Below are positions 13,711-24,020 of a stretch of 64,000 nt of DNA, piece after piece (within the stretch, counting starts at the first letter, position 1; the number at the start of each line of letters is the position of its first letter). The notes below the pieces were generated by a model. The model saw nothing but the letters and a program-made list of their open reading frames with translations. It was not told the origin of the DNA and ran no database searches. This DNA is from Nemertoderma westbladi (Eukaryota > Animalia > Xenacoelomorpha). The translations under genes and the position numbers were made by a program. The stretch lies in NCBI GenBank assembly GCA_032718475.1, contig JAUCBJ010009040.1:1-64000 (forward strand), read 5' to 3'.

Positions 13711-14878
13711 GTCCATAACAGGTCCACTCATGTCGCGTTGGATATCCGTCTGTCCACGTCTGTTTCCCTGTCCATGTCTGTTTCCTTGACCACATTTGAT
13801 GTCCCGTTGTCCCGACACCAATTGTACCGCAATTCATGTCAGTTTTCTTGTAATTTTGTAATATTTGGTGGATTTTTCAACACTTTCTATTACAGGCCCA
13901 CTTTTTGGAGTAGCATGTAAAATAATATTAGCGATGATAACACTTAATAACTTAACCAGTATTATTATTTATTTAGTATATAAATGTATTATTATTTCAT
14001 CAATAGCTCTGCCGTGTAATGTGAAAAGACCGCAAGTCACAAAAAGTCATTTCGAGATTGTTGGTTTAAAATGTCCGTAAATTACAATTTTTTTACAACC
14101 CTACGCAATTGGGGGTGGGAAATTTTTCTATGTGATTATTTTTTACTTTCCATTAATATTTTGACGTCAGAGTTATTTTTTGTACTTACGGTATTTTTGC
14201 ATTGTACAACCTATATGTAAATACCTATTTCAAGATACATATTTCCATAAAACCGTATTTGCGTTTACTTATTATCTGTGCAATGACAAAACACCGTAAG
14301 TCTTGCTGACTTACGGTTTTTTTTGCATAAATTCAATTAGTTGCGGTCTTTTGTAAGTATTGCACTTACGGTCTTTTTCCTTTGTAACACTATACACATG
14401 TTGTGACTTACTGCCTGTAACTGATATCCAGACGCCCGCAGTCTGTCTGTAACTGATAGCCAAGCGCCAGCAGTCTGTCTGTATCTGGTAGCCAGGCGCC
14501 AGCAGTCTGCCTGAAACTGGTAGCCAGGTGCCAGGATTCTGTCTGTAACTGGTAGCCAGACGCCCGCAGTCTGTCTGTAACTGGTAGCCAGGCGCCAGCA
14601 GTCTGCCTGTAACTGGTAGCCAGGCCCCAACAGTCTGCCTTTAACTGGTATCCAGACGCCCGCAGTCTGTCTGTAACTGGTACTGTAGCCAGTCGGCAGC
14701 AGTCTTTCTGTGACAGTTAATCATAAGAATGTAATTTAAAGTGATAACTAACACACAGTGATATCTATACTAAGGTTAGTTACTAATAATTGTTCTATAA
14801 AGGTCTTAATACTTGCCGCCTTTGATTGCCTTTATGAGACTTTATTCATTGCATAAGTAATTGCCTTTGTCAAAAGTG

Positions 14879-14914
14879 TATAAATAGGAGGAGTTTTAGG
14901 CCTTAAAATCATTC
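14879..14914 (+). promoter_or_regulatory. TATA box + initiator core promoter of the FReD gene
   Basis: TATAAATA at 14879 and TCATTC (Inr consensus TCAKTY) at 14909-14914. The Inr A lies 32 nt downstream of the TATA start, and the ATG follows 60 nt later. Confidence 0.65.
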
Positions 14915-14970
14915 TCTCTCAGAAAATTATCATAACTTTAGTTACAAAGTTATTTACAAATACTGTAAAA

Positions 14971-15027
14971 ATGTTGCCCGTAAGTCTTAAACTATTTTCT
15001 CTGCTGTCAGCTCTTTTCCTACTCCAG
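14971..15027 (+). CDS. Fibrinogen-related protein, exon 1 (signal peptide MLPVSLKLFSLLSALFLLQ)
   Basis: AAAATG context, hydrophobic 19 aa, phase-0 donor CAG|GTAAGT. Confidence 0.75.
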
Positions 15028-15334
15028 GTAAGTTTATTTAATGCATAAAGTATTCATTTAGCGTTGTTATCTGAATTATTCATTTAATGATTTGCTCACG
15101 TGAATAAAGACACCCTTTATTAAGGATGTTAGATTTATTCATCAAAACAAATAAAATGTTTTCTCACAGAATTATTCCACAAACAGATATTATATAGTAG
15201 ATACGGTGTTCTCGATTATACCATTAGATAGAGCGCATTATTTAGACCCAGAAAAAGTGAACTTAGGAAAAATGCAACTTACGGTCTTTTTACATTGTAC
15301 GGCAGAGCTATTTATAATTTATTTATTATTACAG

Positions 15335-15364
15335 GCAAATGATGGACAATGTGGAGCCATTAAT
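15335..15364 (+). CDS. Fibrinogen-related protein, exon 2 (ANDGQCGAIN)
   Basis: TTATTACAG acceptor and GTAAGT donor, 30 nt, phase 0. Completes a plausible signal-peptide cleavage site. Confidence 0.65.
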
Positions 15365-15473
15365 GTAAGTTTGTTAGTTATTTTAAATTATTATTTTAAA
15401 TGTAATTTCATGCGATTTCATAGATATTGTGAGTGGTGACAAGTTGAGTTAAATTCATAATATTTCCTAACAG

Positions 15474-15590
15474 GTTACAGAGCCGGAAGAACAGAATACA
15501 GAGTTGGAAGGAAATATTACACGGTTGAGTGACCAAGTAAAAGATTTAAATACAAACCTAATTAACCAACTCAATGAGCTAAAGACCGAT
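15474..15590 (+). CDS. Fibrinogen-related protein, exon 3 (coiled coil VTEPEEQNTELEGNITRLSDQVKDLNTNLINQLNELKTD)
   Basis: TTTCCTAACAG acceptor and GTTAGT donor, 117 nt, phase 0, heptad Leu pattern. Confidence 0.7.
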
Positions 15591-16118
15591 GTTAGTTTCT
15601 TAACCAGTAATTATTTGTAACATAATTATTTGCCGTGTTGAAGTCCTTCTGTTTTATTATTATGTTTTTATTTATTTGTATGGAATTAATTTCTCACTAC
15701 CAAATCGCCAGGACGACATATTTCCTAACTTTATATCGCAGTGCGACATTGTTTCTCAGTATGTCCCTACGCCATACATTTACTATGTATTTCAGTATAT
15801 CCAGTATGTCACCGCGTTATTATTAGGTTGTTCTAGAAAGTTTAAGTGCAAAACTACAAATAATTCCACCACATTAAATCTTTTACGGCCCTCGTTTTAT
15901 TATTTCACTAAACAAAATCACTCGTGCCGTAACGCTATAATGTGCTATTTTATGAGCAACGACGTAATATAGTTAGTATTTAATTGTTCTAAATGTTGGG
16001 CCGAAATGCCGGCGTTTAATGATATCCCTAGAGAACTCCAACCCAACTACTGATCAGATGTGGGCAGAGGATTTACAGAATTTAATAAACAATTTCAATT
16101 AATAATATTTCCTAACAG

Positions 16119-16805
16119 AATAAAGAGTTGGAACAACAGGTTAAAGAGTTGGAACAACAGAATACAGAGTTGGAAGAGTTAGTTTACAGGTTACATAATT
16201 CATCCATTACACTGTATCAGCAAATGGCTCCTCTGCTATTAAAGCATAAAGATGGGCTGAAGATTCAGCAAAGAGTTGATGGATCTGTTGACTTCTATCG
16301 AAACTGGGATGAATATGTTGAAGGATTTGGCGACCCGAATACCAATTTTTGGTTGGGGTTGGAGACGATCCACAAGCTGAGTAAAGGCGGGGTGAAGTTG
16401 AGAGTCGATTTGTGGTTCACTGGAGAGGGGTGGGCTTATCCCAATGATAATAACAATCTTGATAAAAAGAATTACAACAACGAACACCGATACGCGGAAT
16501 ACAACAACTTCTCTATCGGATCAGCTGCAACTAATTACACCCTAAATGTATCCGGTTACCATGGCACTGCTGGTGACTCATTGGAGTGGCACAACGGTCT
16601 CCCATTCTCTACCAAGGACCGCGATAATGACGGGTCGGGCTCCAGCAACTGCGCCGTAGAACAAACCGGAGCGTGGTGGTACGAGATCTGCGCTTGGAGT
16701 AACTTGAACGGAGAATATGGTGCGGGGGATTGGAATGGACCTTATTGGTACCATTTTACTATAGGGAATCCGGCTTCTCGAGTTGAAATGAAGATTTGGA
16801 TTTAG
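16119..16805 (+). CDS. Fibrinogen-related protein, terminal exon: coiled coil + fibrinogen C-terminal (FReD/FBG) domain; ficolin/angiopoietin/tachylectin-like (~296 aa spliced product)
   Basis: TTTCCTAACAG acceptor in frame with ORF 16128-16805. FBG motifs QRVDGSVDFYRNWDEYVEGFG, FWLGLE, GTAGDSL, HNG.PFSTKDRDND, NCA...GAWWY..C..SNLNG.Y, EMKI. AATAAA downstream (~16887). Confidence 0.92.
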   Translation, partial: NKELEQQVKELEQQNTELEELVYRLHNSSITLYQQMAPLLLKHKDGLKIQQRVDGSVDFYRNWDEYVEGFGDPNTNFWLGLETIHKLSKGGVKLRVDLWFTGEGWAYPNDNNNLDKKNYNNEHRYAEYNNFSIGSAATNYTLNVSGYHGTAGDSLEWHNGLPFSTKDRDNDGSGSSNCAVEQTGAWWYEICAWSNLNGEYGAGDWNGPYWYHFTIGNPASRVEMKIWI

Positions 16806-18953
16806 TAAAACTGTAAGTTTTATATAAAATTACTAAATAATTTCAATAGAGTTGCGTTGGAAACTAACTTTTACATTTAATTATAAAATAAATATAAATA
16901 AAATATATATAAATAATATTAATATAATGTAAAAAAATAATAATATACTTCATTATTATTTGATTAAATTATATTATTTGTGTGAAAAGTTCCTGATTAA
17001 TAATAATGAGTTCCTGAATAAATATCGTTTTTTACTCTAAAATTATTTACTTTAACGTTTTTATTATTTATTTTGCAGTTTGAATTCCCAATAAGTTTTA
17101 GAAGAGACTTAATCTTGGCTATTCTGCTATATGTTACCAGTTTATATGTGTGATGGTTATGGGTTATTGGTTTATGTTTGGTTAATATTTACAATATATT
17201 AATAAATTATAGTTGCAATAACTTAACTTTATTTACTTAACTTGCTGTTAGACCAGGAGGGGCCGGTTGCATATAAATCAACCTTAGCTAAGGTGCACCT
17301 TAACTCATAAGTGTTGCCTTAAATATTTCAACATCCGTATCAGTTGTCTGCCTAATATTACCTAATATATTTTATAGAAACCTTTTGAGAACGTCGGAGG
17401 AGTTCCGAGAGCAAAATTTGTACTTTTCAAAATCAGCTGATATAATTAAACAAATTAATTGTTAATTAAAATTCTTTATTACCTAATATTATACAAATAA
17501 ATCCTATTATATTTTAACGCGTCCGTTTGAATATCGCCAGTTATTGGGTTTCTGGAACGGTTCCTGTGCCAAAGCGAGGGAGCGAAGAGGAGTCCTAAAT
17601 GAACCGGAATCAGGGGCTGTAATACCAACCCGGATATATTCCGAGCGATCAGTCGCCCTGACTACGGGGGTCGGGTAGACACGGGGGAAGCGGGAGTGGG
17701 GTCGGAATGATTCCGAGGTGGCGGCCCGGAATACAGGAGGGATATCAAGCAATATCCCCGCTTTAGTATCCGGGGTTACAGACGAGACTCGGTTGAAACC
17801 AATGGTCGCTCCAATGGGTCTTCTACTGGAGTGTCTAGTAGACAGTCTGATGAAACGTCCGGTAAACAGTCTGGTGAGACGTCTGGTGAGACATAGCGCG
17901 GAACATCCGGCGAAATGTCCTGTTGTCGGTCCCAAAGAGAGTCAAGCGTAGTTTCTGTAAGAAAGTCTGGTCTAAAGTCTGGTGGACAGTCTGTGGAGAT
18001 GTCTGGTGGAAATTTAATTTACACCGGGGGGGGGGGGGGGTGTTATAAAGCACACGCTACCCAATAGCAACACGTATTGACATGTATTTTAGTGAAACGT
18101 ATTTTAGTGACAAGTATTTTAGTGACACGTATTTTAATGACACGTATTGAAATTAATATTACTCTACGTCCTACGATACGTGAATTATATCAAATTTTGT
18201 CAACTACACGGAAAAACCAATAAGGACATAAAATCAGGTTAAATTAGTTAATCTTTTTATTATCATATTTGCGCTACTTGTTTTTTTCGTGCCCCAGGGG
18301 GCACATTCAAAATGACCAGAAATTTTCTCGAATGTTATATTTGAGTTCTATAATCGCGATCAGCATCCAAAAAACCGCTATATACCGAAAAATAAATTTA
18401 TTCTAGCGAGTCATAATTAAGACAATTTTAGCACGAAAAATCATTTTTTATGGGTGCAAGAAAGGGACCACAGCACGAAAACTAACTCAGCCATAAATTA
18501 TTGATATATTTGAAGCAGAGACAGTTTCACCTCCATTCTCCGTGGCTGAGCCAGAATTGGCTGAGAATGGGCAACCGGGCTGGAGGCCACAATAATTATA
18601 AAATTATTAGCCAAAATAATATAATTATAAACCGCAACTATTAAAAACTGTGAAATTAATATGTTTTGTTATTAAATTATATTATTATGTAACAAGTTAA
18701 AAAATATATGTGCCTGTCCCAAAGCCCTTACATTACGTGTCCCAAAATAATACAGATTACATAACAACTGTGCCATTTAAGCACTTCGGCTACTTTTAAA
18801 TCTGTATTACTGATATACTAAGTGTAATTTACTTTAATTAATTATTTTTCCTTACCTATAATTACACTTTTATTTCAATTTAGATAATTCTACCTTCCTG
18901 GCTGATAATTTACTTTAATTAATTATTTTTCCTTACCTATAATTACACTTTTA

Positions 18954-20455
18954 TTAGCAAGTCGTTAGACTTGATTACTGTAAGAATTGTTGACTGACTG
19001 GCTGGCTGACTGGCTGGCTGACTGGCTGGCTGACTGACTGACTGATCTACAGCCAAAACTGCTCTAACGAATTTGATGAAATTTTCACAGCGACTAGATA
19101 CCACGATTCTAAGGTCCCTGGTATGATCGGCTACTCCGTCCATAGCCTCTGGGCTCGAAAAATAGAGATAAACGAAAAAACGCCATAGGCGCAATGGTAA
19201 AATAACATCAATGACAGCTGGTGTCCTGATGAAAAATGGCTTATGTAATGCATTTCTACACAAGGCTTAGTATAAATCGATGAGGTTGCCAAGATTATTG
19301 TACTTAGTACACCCATACTGTTTGTTTAGGCCCTGCACTCTCTGTCAAAGCAAATATTAACTGGTTGATTTAGTTTGTGGTTCTACACAGGCTTAGTATA
19401 AATCGATGAGGCTGTCAACTGTTTGGTTTAGTTTGCAATCTATTACCGCCTCAGCTGAATAACTCTTCCCCCTGCTGAATGTCTATTAGGTATACAGTGT
19501 ATCGGCTACATTATGCCAACATTAATACTGTGGAGGCTGTATGCTTATAAGGTGGAATGTTTACTCAGCCTTATACTGATACTCTGTAAGGCTAAGACTA
19601 ACATTATAGTTTGAAATATAAAAATCACTTCTTATTATCTGTATTGGGTTAATAATCACTGTGGCATTCAAAATGTTTTATAGTTGATTGACATTTAGTG
19701 CAAGCTGAATGACTGTTAGTTACAGAGTACTACTGCACTGTATTTTATTTTTAAATCTTTCGTCCAACATTAATACTTTGGAGGTTGTATGCTTATAAGG
19801 CGAATGTTTACTCAGCTTCATAGTGATACACTGTAAGGCTAACACTAACGTTATAGTTTAAAACATAAAAATCACTGCTTATTATCTGTATCAGGTTACA
19901 CACTGTGGCATTCAAAATGTTTAAATGTTTTATAGGTGATTGATATTTAGTGCAAGCTGAATGACTGTAGGTTACAGAGTACTATTGCACTGTATTTTAT
20001 TTTTAAATCTTTTGGCCAACATTAATACTGTGGAGGCTGTATGCTTATAAGGCGGAATGTTTACTCAGCCTCATACTGATACTCTGGAAGGCTTACACTA
20101 ACATTATAGTTTGAAATATAAAAATAACTGCTTATTATCTGTATTGGGTTAATCACTGTGGCATTCAAAATGTTTTGTTAGGTGAATGACATTTAGTGGC
20201 TAAGATTATTCTCTGTCAGATTCCCTTCACACCATAGGCAAACATTGTTGAGGCTGAGGGAATTTACTTTAGTTTACTCTACTGAGTCATTCAGCTGAAT
20301 GGATTTGAGCAATTGCCAAATTACAGAGTGGGATCTCTCTCTGACCATAGATAAATAACACTTCCCTTCTGAACAAAGGTAAACATTGTTGAGGGAACTT
20401 ACCTTTGATTGACGACTTCCGACTTGCTTAACGGCGTCTTGACGCCGTCTCTAGT
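18954..20455 (+). mobile_element. Non-autonomous Helentron/HINE-like rolling-circle element 1
   Basis: 5' subTIR AGCAAGTCG, (GACT/GGCT)n microsatellite, three ~250-bp internal repeats (19516, 19764, 20015), 3' CGACTTGCT + hairpin ACGGCGTC-TT-GACGCCGT + CTAGT. Inserted in a T-run and absent from the opposite arm. Confidence 0.7.
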
Positions 20456-20502
20456 TTCAATTTAGATAATTCTACCTTCCTGGCTGAATTAAATAAAATA
20501 AG

Positions 20503-21622
20503 TAAGCAAGTCGTTAGACTTGATTACTGTAAGAAAAAAAGGCTACTGACCTAGAGCAAAAACGGCTCTAACGATTTTGATGAAATTTTGCATGGAACAT
20601 GAAAATGGATTTCTAAGGGTACTTGTGAAATCGCGGTTTAAATTGAAACATCTCGACTTGATTTATTTCGAAAAATAGCCCCAAAACACTAAAATTGCCA
20701 TAGGCGCAATGATAAAACACCAGCTGGCACTCATGAAAAATGTATAGAGATGGCCTGGTAATGTATTCAATAGGAAGGGCAACTAACAAAGAAGTACTTT
20801 GTGTGCCAAGTTTTATTATCACTCTATTCTACAACCCAGACAGTAATCAAACAAAACATTAACTGGTTTAGTTGGCTATTGCAGTCTCAGCTGAATAACT
20901 CTTCCCAAAGCATCCTTGGGCCTTGCTATATAATTAATTGGCGTGCAAGCTAAATGACTGTTAGTTAAACAGTGTGTTGGCTACACAGTGTATTGTAATA
21001 TGCTCTCATCGCATTATTGTTTTATTTTGAAATCTCTGTGCCAACATTAATACTGTGGAGGCTGTATGCTTATAAGGCTGAATGTTTACTCAGCCTCATA
21101 ATGATTCTCCATAAGGCTAACATTATAGTTTGAAATATAAAAATCTGTTATAATAATAATATAATTGTTATATTTAATTAATAACGTGGTTTACATTGAA
21201 CAGTGTAAATTGTTAATCGCGGTTTACATTGAAACATCTCAACCTGTTTTATTTATTACAAAAATAAGAACGAATTTGTCTTATCACTTCTTTTGCGCGA
21301 TTGTATATATTGAATTCATGGCAACTGCTGTTATTATTATTAAACAACGACTCGACTACTCTAACTCTCTGACTACTCTATCCTATAGAACAAAATAATC
21401 ATTTCGCTAACTGCTCTCTATCTTCTATAATCACAACAGCTTTTATAATTCATTAGATGATTACAACATAATAATTATAGTTCGAAGTTGTCTAGAAAAT
21501 TTCTCGTACACCACCGGGACTACCCTCACACTAATTGATTATCAGACAGAACAAAAAGCTTTTACTTGATTCGTACTGTCTCCTACGACTTGCTTTACGG
21601 GCCGCTAGGCCCGTCTCTAGTT
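20503..21622 (+). mobile_element. Non-autonomous Helentron/HINE-like element 2 (same family)
   Basis: AGCAAGTCGTTAGACTTG start; 3' CGACTTGCT + hairpin ACGGGCC-GCTA-GGCCCGT + CTAGT; one copy of the ~250-bp unit. Absent from the opposite arm. Confidence 0.7.
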
Positions 21623-22849
21623 ATTATTATTGCTAGAACCACAAATAAAATCCGTTTCTATGGAGAACAGCTTAACCTTGGAAGCGCAAGGTTACAACGT
21701 TCAAACAACGGAAGTAGAAATGGAAGGACGGACAATACTAAGGTGTATGCCAAAGCTAACAGATGTAGTGGCTCGACCCAAAAGTCATAACATTCATAGG
21801 TAAATGTATCAACAAAGATTTCAGCATTAGTTTAAAATTAATCATTAAATATTATTGTCATAATATATTTCGCGAATATAAATGAATTTCCTTGACCTAG
21901 AGACAAAATTACTTAATTACTTAAAACATTTAATATTTTGTGACAAACAAGAGTTTCTGTCACAAATGGGTGTAACAATATCAGTTAGAACATTAATCTA
22001 ACTTAGTGGGTTAGGAGAGCAAAAATCGAACTTACTAAAAGTTAACAGTGACAGTTAATGTTTGTAACACAAAACTTTACATTAATCTTTTTTCATGTTT
22101 ACGATTTTTAACATTAACTTAATTCACGTAAGGATAAAAAGTACATCAATAAAATAATCATGGTATATATTGAATGTATTTTTCATTGTTTTAACATGTA
22201 CAATTATTTCATAACAAACATACGAATATATAAAAATAGAGCCAGCGAATGAATATGTACTGCAATAAGTTTGGTCGGTGTAACATTCCTCCTACAACCA
22301 AAGAGACTACCGGAATATCTAACCATTTATTTGTAATAATTGAATAAAATATATAAATTATCAAACACGTTTAAAACAGCTGATGTTACATAATATAATG
22401 GGGCATTTTAATCTAAATACTAAATACCTAAACAATATACACAATAACACAGAAATTAGTATCTGTAGAATAACTTTATAGAATAATAAAGAATATTATA
22501 GAATATTAACGTTCAATAAAATAGTAGTCTATGGATAGTATTGTGTTAATTAGGGATGCAACACAGCTCCGGCTCCGGAGCTCCGGCCCATTATACTGGC
22601 TCCGGCTCCGGGTAAATAAATCCGGAGCTTAACATGTTGAAATTCGAATAAAATAATAAAGTTTTTTTATTTATTTGTGTGAAATTAATTTCGCACTACC
22701 AAATCGCCATGGCGACATATTTCCCATCGCAGTGCGACATTATTTCTCAGTAAGTCCCTACGCAATACATTTTAATATGTTATGTCCAGTAGTTCCACGT
22801 ATTACATGGGAAAAAGTATAACTTTTTTCACATTAAATAAATAAGTTTC

Positions 22850-24008
22850 TGTAAAAGCTTTTGCGGATATAATCAGTCCCCTTGCCCGCAAAGTACCGTG
22901 TAGGTGTTTTAACGGACATAAAAGTCATTCTTCTGTATGTGTACTTTGGCGGACATAACAAGACACTAATGCCGCAATGCGTCAAATCCTCTAGCACAGT
23001 GTAGCTTTGATGATTCAGATTACGACATCTACCAGCTGGTTTGCTGGCATGGAAACGGCCGTTGGATCTATGGTTCTTTGTTCAGCTTAACAGCCAATCA
23101 GGGCGATTTTCACTTTATGCATGGAGATACTCTGCAGATCGTACTGGGCGAGTTCAGTATTGGTTTTTCCTATGCCAAGAACACCGGCTTTGGAATCATT
23201 CTGTTTTCAGACTCTAGCAAAACATTAGTAGGCTTAGATTATAGAAACGTATAACTGTTATCAAGTCAAGTCACACCACGGCACATATCTTAACATACCT
23301 CACTCATATTGTCAAACCTTTCACCGCATTATTTTACTGCTATTTACTGTTGGTTATTAATTGTATCAGTTGATTGAATATTGTTATACTTGGAGAATAT
23401 CGATAAATAACCCAAAAATCCCAATCTTCTTGATACACTAAAGGTTAGAGAGACCGGTTACATATAGCAATTGCGACTTATATTATCGTGGTTTTGGAGT
23501 GAATCTAATGCTATTTCATAGATACTACATGAGTCCATTGCTGTTCTCTTTATGTATGGTCAAATTCAGTGACTGTCGGCAAATCAGTGTGCAGTAGTGT
23601 GGTACCGGTAGTGTGCAAGAGTGATTGATAACTAAGCATCTCCTAAAGAATGCGCCTTATACATGAATCATAAGCCGTACCGTTGTGTTTAGTATAAGTC
23701 ATAGCTCTGTTTACATACTTAGAGAGCCACGTCCTAAAGGAACTGTCAAAATTTCCCGAAAGTGAATAATATTTGTCAGAGATTATATATCAACGATCAA
23801 TCGAATAATACAGTAGGCTTACACCGCAATAAGGTCTAAGCATCCGAATCCAGTCTCCCGGGTATATCCAGCGGGTGAATGATCGCGCATCGGCTGGCTT
23901 CGGCTAATGTAGTGCATCAAATATTGTCATAGGCTAAAGTCGATTTATAAACTGAAAGACATATAAATTTGGCAGGTTAAACTGCTGAAGGTCTTAAAAG
24001 CGCGAACA
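22850..24008 (+). repeat. 5' LTR of Bel/Pao copy 1
   Basis: TGTAAAAGC...GCGCGAACA. Direct repeat of 37126-38284 with roughly 25 substitutions counted by eye. Confidence 0.95.
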
Positions 24009-24020
24009 ATAACAGTTATA
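24009..24020 (+). promoter_or_regulatory. Non-tRNA primer-binding site, complementary to LTR-internal 23250-23261
   Basis: ATAACAGTTATA directly abuts the LTR end, lacks TGG, and is the exact reverse complement of TATAACTGTTAT at 23250-23261. Confidence 0.65.

Larger units (their letters stand above)
5393..15186 (+). repeat. Tandem segmental array A-B-A-B-A-B-A (period ~2269 bp). A (~775 bp) = minisatellite + promoter + exon 1 of the FReD gene; B (~1.5 kb) includes an RTE fragment
   Basis: Identical ORFs recur at offsets 4480 (2269 plus a ~2.2 kb TE insert) and 2269. Copies differ by only a few SNPs. The last A copy diverges at CCACAAACA|GATATT (15186) into unique gene sequence. Confidence 0.92.

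Noticed and set aside
17340-18015. ORFs 17507-17935/17718-17951 as genes
   Set aside because: Region of short GTCTGGTG-type repeats typical of a TE subterminal region; no recognisable protein.
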